From Glycera tridactyla (lineage: Eukaryota): a stretch of DNA of 64,000 nt. The first letter of the stretch is position 1, and each line of letters begins with the position of its first letter. The stretch spans positions 44,330,001-44,394,000 of the forward strand of contig OZ286472.1 of assembly GCA_965644265.1 (NCBI GenBank), in the 5' to 3' direction. The notes below the pieces were generated by a model. That model worked only from the letters and a program-made list of their open reading frames with translations. It was not told the DNA's origin and made no database searches. Of the stretch, positions 52,689 through 64,000 are shown piece by piece. Both the position numbers and the translations under genes were made by a program.

Positions 52689-55394
52689 GTGAGTTTTCTG
52701 CAGAAGCTCTAAGGACTCCGCCACGTCTGTCCAGATACTGCCGGCTGTAGCGTGAGTAGACTTTTACTGACTAACCATTGACTGGCCATAGCCTTACGAC
52801 TTGATTTAGCGCTTGCCTTGTCAAGATCGAGAAAGTTGACATGCTTACTAGCAGCATGGTCCAATGATGTGACGGAACACAACACGTACCGACACCTGTG
52901 CTGATTAATGGCGCACAAACGCCATGGCGTGCACGAATAGACGGCCTCATTCAACGGGATCAAACCCTGACCTCATTACTGCTCGAGTAGCTTGTAATCG
53001 GGTGTGCTGTCACTTCAGTCATTCTCTAATGCCCCAGAACACGCAACAACCAAAAAGGGTGAATAATGCTCTGGCTACGTGTCTCTCATAGTAACATTGA
53101 CCCCAAGTCAAAATTCCACGCTCGATGAAATCCCAAGTATTTGGTTACGTTCATATACATCCTGAAAATACTGACTCCATAAATGAATTACGTTCTATTC
53201 ACATTCGCTCCATTCTTTTGAACTTCATCTCAGTTCTTTCATGAAATGCTCTCATTCAATGTTGGTCGAATATGCCACCATGCTTGAAGGATATGTATTG
53301 CCACCCGCACAGTACTTGGGCTATATATCCTAAGTGCGAACTGTTATAGTGATCTGTTTTGAAGCTGGTTGATGATGGCAATTAACACCAACATGGTTTG
53401 TATGAATATTCTATGAGCATAGACCACTCGCCTATTTAGAATGCTTTGCATGCCCTGTCGATCAGCAAATCAACAACAGGATCGGTGCCCTTGTTCTCGA
53501 GACCGAAGTCCCTATGGGACAAGACCAGTCATCTCGATGGACTTAAGGCATGATTTGCTGATTATTGAAAACATTCTCACCCAAAGCAGAAAGGCACATT
53601 ATAGCCGTTGCACAATCTGGCCATCATACACGTGAACTGGGAGGGTATTAGGGCAGTGGAATCAGTAGTATCACAAATGGAATCATCGGATGGTCCGAAT
53701 TCGAGCCATGACAATCAAGAAAACCTATATGAAATAATGAATTGCCTGATGTGGCAGTTGCGGGATGCATTCTGTGTAATCAGCGTTCTCGTGGCGGGCA
53801 AGACACTACAGATGAACACTGGATGATGGATTGATTTATATTGCACTGTCATCTGCTCACATCCTGGTCAATAAACTGCTTTGTCTTGGCCTTATGAAAC
53901 CACATTATTACATTGCTTCATGACCACCTGCGTCACCGCCATTATCACTGCACTTCGCTTTCTCGTCCTTAGAAATCTCCTTGACAATGTGCCCGTCAAG
54001 GACACCCTTCACTTCATTACTGGAACCGCCCACACAAGTTGACTTGTCATCCTCATTTGGAACTACTTCCAACTATTGTTACCTACTGATGCTTATGGTG
54101 GCAATTTTCCATCAATATGCCGAGATGACATCAAGTCATCATGATTTCAACACTCATTGAACTGTTTCACAAATGAATACTATATGTGGTACTGATTGTA
54201 GAAAAGGGACACAAGGTAGAATTCAAGAAGCTGGCCAGAAATACGAAGTTTGTACAGTTCTCCTAGCATCCATTTTGTCACTTTGTGAAAGTAGTCACTG
54301 ATGGTTATTGAGAAACTGTAACAGTTTCAAAGAAGTTATGCAAAGCAAAAGTTGCCACCATATCAAAGATTTGAATCAAGGCTGTAAGCACAAGAGTAGG
54401 GTGGAAAGAGAGACAGCGGAAGCTGGGAGAAAAGAGAAAAACAAGGAGAAAGAGGCAGCATCTGCAGCAAACATATCAAATATTCATCATCAGATCAAGC
54501 TGTGGATTGACCACTTGCCGTTCTGAGGATATCTCACCACAGACAGACCCCGACCCCCTTCTCACTTCGAAAGGCACCGATGTGTGAGAATAACTGTGTA
54601 GAACCTCCATATTCTACAACCCCATGTCTGCTCGGTATGAATGGGTACTAAGTTATACTCAGTGATGGTGATTGTAGGGTGCTCACCCCACACATGTACT
54701 TCTGTGCTTGTTACTGTGTACTTCGAGGGGGACGAGAGGAGGTCCGGCTCGAAAACGACAATTAAGAAAAGGCGTGCTTTTTCTATACCAATAATATTTC
54801 AAATTGGATACGAGCTTATCAAAAGTGGGATACAATGAGGCCTTCGATAGCCAGAACTCCAGATTTTGTTGTTGGAACAATTTCTCAAGATTGAATGTTG
54901 AATAATGATAGTTGTATCATAAGGGTGCAAGACATACGACTGAATTTTACTCATTTGAACAATAGGTGTGTTATTGTTGCACCCGTGAACAATGGTTTGA
55001 TAATGGCTATTTTACCAGAGAGTCTGGCTTCACTCAAATCTCTTTTCTTGTCAATTGATATTGTTCACTCGCAATGGCTGCCTGTGTACATCTATTTCCC
55101 GCGCTATTGTTCTGCCTGTCTACTGTCTGAAGATATTGAACTTAACTTTGCTGAACATCTACCAACATCCACAATCACCACCGATGCAGTTGGAATCTGA
55201 CATAGTATATAGTTTGTATATTTTTCCCGCTGGTCATCCCATTTCTCAATGAGAGAATCTATTGTGTCTGCTTCTCAATCGACGCATAGCTTGTCTTACA
55301 CAATCAGGCATTTCCATTTTTTCGCTTCAAGCTCAGGACAATACAAAGGTAATGCTGACTACAAATTGATACATAACTCTGTACCAGATGAAAG

Positions 55395-55500
55395 TTTAAC
55401 CAATCAACTGATCAACCGAACGATCAACAAACTAACAGACCGATCAACGAACGGAGACATCAACTAGACAATTGACCCAAATAATCAACCCAACCAATCA
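55395..55500. repeat. Degenerate (CAAC/CGAC/CAAT)n low-complexity tract
   Basis: Direct reading. Confidence 0.6.
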
Positions 55501-57892
55501 ACCGACAGACCGACATAATAAAAAATGAACAATTGATCAATTATTTCACCAACCTGGAACCAGTTACAAGCCGAAAAACAATCACCTCGATGAGGTAAGT
55601 CATTCAGACATGCTACCAATCGGCTAGGAAAGCAATGCACAAATGTGTTACTCAAACTGTCCAACAAGAAACCATTCATCTACCCTGAGTCCATCCACTT
55701 GATGCATCAAATTTTCCGATTTAACTTCATTATCATCTTCGACAACTTCTGGTATGGGATTCTCCTCGAATTTTGATTTATCATTAGAAAAATGATAGCC
55801 AACCACTAGTGGCAAAAATGGAGAATAAACCAATAATTCGATTATCTGGAGATGGTGGTGAGTTAACCGACATGCCGGCATCAAATGATGACGGAATCTA
55901 AGGGATCTCAGCCAATGGCCGTCGCATAATCCCAATTAGGACATAAATCTGCTGCGCCATCTATTGTAGACCAACCTTTGAATAGCTTCCGGTGAATTCA
56001 GCGACAAGCTCTCTAAAGCAGGCGCCATGAAAAAGATCAAAGTGAACGCAACGCTGATCCGCCGATGTTGATCCCCTAGACGCTATAAGCATGCACAAAT
56101 CTGCCGGTGGCCATATTTGACGAAAACATATTGTACAGGATGATTCGAGCCTTTTCTAAATTACGAACAATGAACAAGGAGTGCCCAACATATATCAGGA
56201 ACACGTGATATATTTAATACGCAACGGGAAGATATTACAGTCCTCGAAGTGAACAAGAACCTTTCATACTAATATGACTCATGATATATGAATAACATGT
56301 GAACAAACATTTCAATAAAATACGAGAAGATAGCAATAAGCGAAGGTATTATAGGAACAGTGATATTATGTATAATATGGATTATTTTTGAAAAAAAACC
56401 TGCACGACACCTCGTGAACGTATAATTTGTTGTACACATAATACCTCATATCAGATAGATTCATCATCGAGGTAAAGTTGGATATTTTTGCGATAGCTGG
56501 TGTAAGTCCATCGACGGATTTGAACCTTTCTGGGCAGCAGCATCCAGCTGGATGTAGTTAAATATTAATCTCAGGTAGAGGTCATTTGGTACCCTTTTGA
56601 CCCGTTGAGACGAACCTCTATCAAAATTACGAGAACGCACGAGTGACGTCCTCGACCACGAAATATGAGAATAGAGAGGCTCCCAGAGATGCTGAATTAT
56701 TGTCAGAAATGTATAGTTTAGGGTCTGTAATGTCATTGACCATTGCATCCATCATACACGTGTATGTATTCAACCTGTCGGATTATCTCATTTTCATTTA
56801 CTTATTTACTGACCCTCAAAAGCCGAAAAACCCAGCAGCAACAGAAATAGCAGCAGCAAAATCCACAGGCATACCAATGATGGCAACAATAGGACAGCGG
56901 CAGCAGTGAGTAACGACCAAGACAAATAGGACAATCATTCATCACTAGTGCAGCGCATTAGATTATGGCTCGGTTGTCCATTCGAACTCTTGATGGGATC
57001 TGTGTCTTGAAATGATGCTGGTTGATGAAATTTGCTTCATAAGCGGTGTGCTTTTGATGTGCGAATGATAGTGTTGTGATACAAAAAAAGTATGAGTAAG
57101 CCAGAACTGGACGCAGAACAAAACATCTATCAGGCAAAATTGACTTTGGTGAAAGTCGCCAGGTTTTGTTGCGTGATGTATGTATGAGGCTTGACGCTGG
57201 CCGATCCGCCAGATTCCACAATCGTCATCCATCAGGCTGCATCCAGGCAAACAGTGTTGTCCCGAGCCTGTCCCATCCATTCATCTTGCTCCATCTCTAT
57301 CTCCGTCGGCCATCTGTCTCTTTATCTCTCTGCTTCACGGACTTCCATTACCCATCGATCGGCGGTCAGCCAACTGTATCGCAATGCTTTGTTTCAGACA
57401 CGTGCGCAACAGTCACCTCTCGCCGACAGCCACTGACACCGTTACAATGGCTCGGCGTCGATACCGCCATAGAAACCAGTGCTAGGAATATCATGTTGGC
57501 AGATGGAGTTTCCCTCGTACCATGCATGTTTTACCCAAATTAACTGTAAATGTACGTACCGAATGAGATAGAAAAGAAGACACAATCATTGTGAAGGGTT
57601 TTGTTGGCATTTCGTATCAGCTGCTGCATGAAGACCTCGTGATATAGAAGGCTTGCCACATCATTTAAGTTGTTAGTTGTGTCATATGATCTATATCTCA
57701 AGGTCAGCCTGCCCTCTGACAATTCGTTATGAAGACTGGACCAAACTATACAGACAGATTGCATTCATGTTGTGGATGTGAGTATACACACATTCTGAAC
57801 TGTTGTTTGGAGGTCGTAGAGCCGCGGGTAGCGCGGTCATGAGATGAGTGTGATGTGGTTTTCTGTGTTGCAACCATGCGATTATGCAGCTT

Positions 57893-58063
57893 NNNNNNNN
57901 NNNNNNNNNNNNNNNNNNNNNNNNNNNNNNNNNNNNNNNNNNNNNNNNNNNNNNNNNNNNNNNNNNNNNNNNNNNNNNNNNNNNNNNNNNNNNNNNNNNN
58001 NNNNNNNNNNNNNNNNNNNNNNNNNNNNNNNNNNNNNNNNNNNNNNNNNNNNNNNNNNNNNNN
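57893..58063. other. Assembly gap (171 N)
   Basis: N run. Confidence 1.
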
Positions 58064-59506
58064 GAGATCGAGGGATAAGAATAGGGATGAAACAATTCAG
58101 AGTGGCGGAGAAAATATAATCTGCAGAAGAGTGAAGACGGGCTTGAATATATGTTGAAGGCTCGAAATTGCTCATGCACTCCTCTTGTGTATCATGGTTG
58201 CTTGTGTTAAGTACACTATTGATCAGATATATGGATGGATCGAGTGATTACAGACAGACACATGAATAGTGGTGAAAAGGTTGATGAGTAACAACGACAC
58301 ATCCCATTGAATCGGATGGAAGTGTTAATCTGTGATGATTGTCGATAAATACTGACAAATGCCAACAATCTCGAATCTGCAATATGCCTTAATCTCTTCA
58401 ATAATTGCTATGTCAGCATGGACACGAATTATACTAATCACTTGACAAAAATACAAGCTAATGATATGACACCCGACTGGTCAACATTTTATCAGAGAAT
58501 CTAGCTTATTTGATTGTATCCCATATTAATAGATTCTCTCCAGTCGTTCATTCTGCGCACGTGACAAAGAATAAATAACATGTCTGCAAAAGCCTGACTG
58601 TATTGACGCCACGCTAGTGAAGCGAAATCAATGTTATTTCGCTCGGTTTGATGGTTTCATGATCATGATAGACTATCATAGTCCTATGACATATATTGGT
58701 GATGGGATATGATATTTTAGACGATTTTGCTCTCAGATGACAAGTTTGGTTGACATCCTCCATAAAGAATGATTAAACGAGTGCGAATCATGATTGTGCT
58801 CCGGTCCCGTGGGATGCTGATAGACAACTGTATTTAATCTGGTGTGCTCCACACCGCTCCCACATGCAGCATATCATATCTGCCTTACGGCCACCGCTTT
58901 CCTGCCAACACCGATAACAGGGCATCAAACCAACAAACTGTCCGCTGTCTGTTCAATCCATATAGAGCCCAGACTTCAGCTATATCCAATGGTGACTGAG
59001 ATCTCGGCGTGAACTGGAGGCGAGGGTGGTGGTGTGGCTGGCAAAGGTACTAATGGAGGAATCGTCGGAAATAAGTGTCGATTCGAAATCGGCAATGCCA
59101 ATAGTCATTCCGATGCAACTACTGTACCCATCTCTGTAGCAAAATGACGAGAAATCACTTTCCTATACTCCCATTGCAACATCATGATGATCTATGCTGA
59201 TTTCTCGTATTTTTGGCCATTTGATTCATGTGGGACGCCTAGGTATGTATATAAAACCAACCATACACGTTGCGTACATCTGAAATAAGATAGGAAATAT
59301 TATCCGCCCACTCTGATTCCTCATATGATGCTTCGTTTATCGCACATGCAAAATGATCCAAATCAAGTATTGGGAAAGGTATTCCCAATGAATGGCGATT
59401 CAAAATAAGAGGTGAATATGGCCTGTTCAACCCCACAGAATGACCTAATATCATTTGAAAGGATTTTCAAATGTGGTTATAGAACGCAGTGATGCTCCCA
59501 AGCCAA

Positions 59507-59669
59507 NNNNNNNNNNNNNNNNNNNNNNNNNNNNNNNNNNNNNNNNNNNNNNNNNNNNNNNNNNNNNNNNNNNNNNNNNNNNNNNNNNNNNNNNNNNNNN
59601 NNNNNNNNNNNNNNNNNNNNNNNNNNNNNNNNNNNNNNNNNNNNNNNNNNNNNNNNNNNNNNNNNNNNN
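59507..59669. other. Assembly gap (163 N)
   Basis: N run. Confidence 1.
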
Positions 59670-60101
59670 GACGATGACGGTGGAGGTGGTTGTTGAAACT
59701 AAGCACTTCCAACAACTAGCATACTTCTCCTTGATTGAGGGGCGAGTCTATAATAGGTTTCCCGTTGGTCTCGTGGGAGACAACAACACAATCACGTTCA
59801 CTGTTCGTTCAATCAGTTCCTGATGAGATTGTCAAATAGATGACACCTATATCGGCAGAATACTCCTCGCACCAGAGGGCTGTAATCCCGGAACAGTCAT
59901 TTCAGTGATTTATACAAACATGCTGTACATGTATTTCTCCTGCAACAATGTTGGGAAGATGACGAGGTGGAACAGCGTTAATCAGCTCCTGGGAAGATTG
60001 TCTGTCACTGAGATTCGGGTCTTCAAGTATGAAATGACAAATGCCAGCATCGAAATGTCGTATTTAGCAGCTCTTTGGAGGACTGGTCGGAAGAGGCGGT
60101 A

Positions 60102-60148
<47 letters not shown>
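60102..60148. repeat. (GAT)n microsatellite
   Basis: Direct reading. Confidence 0.97.
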
Positions 60149-60149
<1 letters not shown>

Positions 60150-62120
60150 ATCATTTTGTTTACATCAACTGTATCATCACTTCGATCATTATCATGACGT
60201 TTGTCACTTATAAGTTTCATTATTGCCACTATTGTTTCTATTATCATCATTGTCATTATAATCAGATAGATAGAACGAACTATTGGTAGCTGTACATGTC
60301 TTGTGATTTCCATAGTGATTATGAAAGCCTGTGTCATCTGATTTATATGGCTTCAGTACTTGCCCACATGCATACTCCTATTCTAACATTTGCAATCATC
60401 ACCCAGAATTACCAACGGCCCAGGACACATGGATGTCTTTATTACATGTTGAGGCATTTCTATATCACTACTTGATTTCATGTTCGTTATATGAGCTTTC
60501 TTTGTTCATTTTTGAACTGTGTAGCGGCTCATTATGATATACGACCTATGGCTTGAGACTGGGACTCAAGGCATACAACCGAATATCGATTATCCTCATA
60601 CTTTCATCTCAACAAGTCGATAATCTTCTCATTGTTAACCAAGGACAATGGGGTGTGTTGGCATCCGTTCCTTGTTTTTGTTCGTCCATGAATGACTAGC
60701 ATCTGATTTTTATTGAATGCTGCATCTAATACGCTTTTCAAAGGAAGAAACGATGATCTTATATTTCAGGTGCACTAGTGAATGTGGTGCCAGATGCTCA
60801 GTTCGATTTGCCGCGTTGCCAATCAGATAGAAGTGATACCCCGTGTTGTGAATGAATCGTCGAAACAACATATGGTCTGAAACGGAAAATATGGGTCTTA
60901 TTCATATCATCGCAATTTCACGGTTATGTACGCCGCCATCACGCATGTGGATGTAGATGAAGTGAGACATCCAGATGAATACTTGTTCCTACATTCACTT
61001 TTTGGCTTCAACATGTCCAGGCTCTGAATCACTGTGTCCAATGATGATAATTTACATTCTTATCTCGATGAAAGGTGCTATGGTCCCCCCCTTTGAAAGG
61101 GATATGAATTTACGAAAGAGCGTTGATTATGGTTTAAGTATGACCCAGGCTACTCGCAGTTCGTTCAAGTATGTTTTCCTATTAAATTTCTGTCGGCCAT
61201 TCTTTCAACTTTCTCAACCATTTCGGAAGTCCATCCAATCTTTGATCATAGATGTTGGTTGTGATGTGCATCGATGTACCTGTCTGTATTCGCGAAAATT
61301 ATAATCTTTATGTCAAATTCACAGTCACTGAATCCTCGGATGGACACCTCACATTGATAGGCCTGAACATCAAGCACATGTAGAGGTTGGCTCAAGCTCC
61401 CGCGAGCACATTTTATCATGACAGGATTCAGGTCACACAAAGGAATGAAGTTTAGGATCTGCAACGTCATCGATAATCTTATGAAATATCCCACGTTGGA
61501 AGATAAATGATGCCTCCGCCAGGAAGGATTGTTCTGAGAGCAGCGCAGGACGCCGACAGGCCAGCGTATTTAATCTTATCCCGACTGATAAATGTATTTC
61601 ATTGCAAACCGATAAATTCCACTTTCAATATAAACCCTTCTCATGCTACTACCACCGAGGCCGCACCAAATGGCATTTGCCGGCCCCACACGACAGTTTG
61701 AATGAATGTTTTGATCAATCACATAACATCCATCTTGAACAATTAATAGTGAAGAAACTCCGCATATCAATTCCTCCGTCAGTCGCTGCAGGTTTTCTAT
61801 GAGAGCACTTGCATTATTGCATCTCAAATATGGACAGCAAGACATTTAAATGGCGGTGATGATGAAGTGATACGAGGAGATGCACGCACATGAGAATATG
61901 CCACGGACAGGCACAATGATGACTGATGGCAAAGACGCATGCACATCACGTCAACTCGACAGACATCCAAATATAACATTGACTCTTACATGACAAACGC
62001 GACGGGTATACGAAGTAGGTCAGCAAAAAATGAACGAGGACAGGGAGCAAAGAGTGAAGGGATTAGTATTGATGATATTGCTGCTGTTTGCCTCTACATT
62101 GCTACTCATTTGTAATTGAG

Positions 62121-62212
62121 TATTTTCAGCAGTTGCATATGACTCAGGCATGTATTTTCAGCAGTTACATATGACTCAGGCGTGTATTTTCAGCAGTTGC
62201 AAATAACTCAGG
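62121..62212. repeat. 32-bp minisatellite (~2.9 copies)
   Basis: TATTTTCAGCAGTTGCATATGACTCAGGCATG units start at 62121, 62153 and 62185. Confidence 0.9.
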
Positions 62213-62251
62213 TGATCATGTAGACGAAACAATCGCAGAAATGCGGAGTTG

Positions 62252-62404
62252 NNNNNNNNNNNNNNNNNNNNNNNNNNNNNNNNNNNNNNNNNNNNNNNNN
62301 NNNNNNNNNNNNNNNNNNNNNNNNNNNNNNNNNNNNNNNNNNNNNNNNNNNNNNNNNNNNNNNNNNNNNNNNNNNNNNNNNNNNNNNNNNNNNNNNNNNN
62401 NNNN
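62252..62404. other. Assembly gap (153 N)
   Basis: N run. Confidence 1.
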
Positions 62405-63397
62405 CTGTGTGTCTGTGTTCACTTGGCCCGCTGGCTGTCATAAGCTCCCTCTCATGCTGAATCACTGGTATTTTTGGTAGGAATTCATCTAAAAATGATA
62501 ACAATGATTCAACTCACAGTGAAATGTTTTGAACGAGAGGATATCACTCAAATAAGCTGCTGCGAAACCAAACAGGTTCAGTATCTTCAGACAGGTTCTC
62601 ATTATCCATAGACATCCACAAGCTCCCCCTCCAGAATGAGCAGTATTATCTCGATGATATGCCAACATGCATCCCTGAAGTTGAAGTGGTTCTTCTTTTG
62701 ATAAGACACCCCCTCTCCCCTCCACTACTCATCATTCCCTCATTAATTTCTGCTCCCCAGCTCTCTATCAGCCGCTCTCTCCCCTCTCTCTACAATCTCA
62801 CTCTCCTACCTCATTCTTGCCTCTGTCTTCCCGTGTTTGTTAGTTGTGCACATGCTGAAAAGATGTCAGTAGGAACAGGCAAATTGCATGCAAGACTGAT
62901 GATGAGGTTGGTATTCATAGCAGTGCATGGTTCTGCTTGTAGGGGGAAGAGGAGGGTGACTTCATACGCATGCGCACGACCTAGAGGATGAATAACTAAT
63001 TGATGTTTTGGGCATGCGAAGGCATACTATCAACATTCTAATCATGTATTTCTGTACGGGTTGGTAGCTTACTTACAGAAAATCCTAGGCTTACATCGAA
63101 TCAGACACTCACTACGTGGCATTGATTAGTTTAGTGTAACTAAGAGAACTGGTACTGACTACCTATCTAATAGGCGGGTGAATGAGCAACAAATCACAAG
63201 ACACACATAGCTGCAGACAGATAGAAATACATGGGGTGGCTTTCGGCTTTCCCGTGCCTCTTCACTACTGGCTATTCTTCGCCATCTTACAGAGCGTTTG
63301 TATGGTGGATATTGCCATATCTTTTATTCTAATTGAGAAGATATATGTAATGAATCCGATCCTAACACTGATGAAAGTGATGCCGAGAATGACAAAG

Positions 63398-63985
63398 NNN
63401 NNNNNNNNNNNNNNNNNNNNNNNNNNNNNNNNNNNNNNNNNNNNNNNNNNNNNNNNNNNNNNNNNNNNNNNNNNNNNNNNNNNNNNNNNNNNNNNNNNNN
63501 NNNNNNNNNNNNNNNNNNNNNNNNNNNNNNNNNNNNNNNNNNNNNNNNNNNNNNNNNNNNNNNNNNNNNNNNNNNNNNNNNNNNNNNNNNNNNNNNNNNN
63601 NNNNNNNNNNNNNNNNNNNNNNNNNNNNNNNNNNNNNNNNNNNNNNNNNNNNNNNNNNNNNNNNNNNNNNNNNNNNNNNNNNNNNNNNNNNNNNNNNNNN
63701 NNNNNNNNNNNNNNNNNNNNNNNNNNNNNNNNNNNNNNNNNNNNNNNNNNNNNNNNNNNNNNNNNNNNNNNNNNNNNNNNNNNNNNNNNNNNNNNNNNNN
63801 NNNNNNNNNNNNNNNNNNNNNNNNNNNNNNNNNNNNNNNNNNNNNNNNNNNNNNNNNNNNNNNNNNNNNNNNNNNNNNNNNNNNNNNNNNNNNNNNNNNN
63901 NNNNNNNNNNNNNNNNNNNNNNNNNNNNNNNNNNNNNNNNNNNNNNNNNNNNNNNNNNNNNNNNNNNNNNNNNNNNNNNNNNNNN
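63398..63985. other. Assembly gap (588 N)
   Basis: N run. Confidence 1.
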
Positions 63986-64000
63986 GGCACAGGGAAGGTG

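Noticed and set aside
54895-55252. LRR-like words (LPESLASLKSLFLS; NLTLLNIYQHPQSPP)
   Set aside because: They sit in two different frames, lack the conserved Asn, and show no regular LRR periodicity
56813-56935. Cys-rich (YCCHHWYACGFCCCYFCCCW) or signal-peptide-like frames on the minus strand
   Set aside because: All frames derive from a degenerate (CAG/CTG)n tract; no Met or convincing acceptor supports a particular frame
57446-57485. Protamine-like MARRRYRHRNQC*
   Set aside because: A 12-codon ORF with no promoter or context support

Overview
Eukaryotic (metazoan, plausibly lophotrochozoan; inference from repeat types) draft-assembly DNA of roughly 41% GC. It is largely intronic or intergenic, with 8 N-gaps (153-608 nt) and many microsatellites. 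I found no prokaryotic organisation (operons, rRNA, intact tRNA, CRISPR) and no protein-coding gene I can name. Most listed ORFs are microsatellite-, gap- or chance-derived. Best-supported elements: a 3' fragment of an L2/CR1-type LINE (42472-42774); an 85-bp tRNA-derived SINE lacking its middle, flanked by a perfect 13-bp target-site duplication (42174-42284); a TA-flanked 161-bp Tc1/mariner-type MITE (27276-27436); a 30-bp-stem hairpin inside a composite non-autonomous element (13475-14000); and a 33-bp minisatellite with a 132-bp higher-order period (36241-36742). More tentative: a long stop-depleted reading frame at 2320-3693 (minus) with a SWIM-like motif (possible Mutator-like transposase relic), and several isolated candidate exons, including a phase-compatible three-exon chain (45890-44054, minus) just downstream of an ETS/GC-box promoter-like patch. 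I did not find convincing evidence of a novel biological system.
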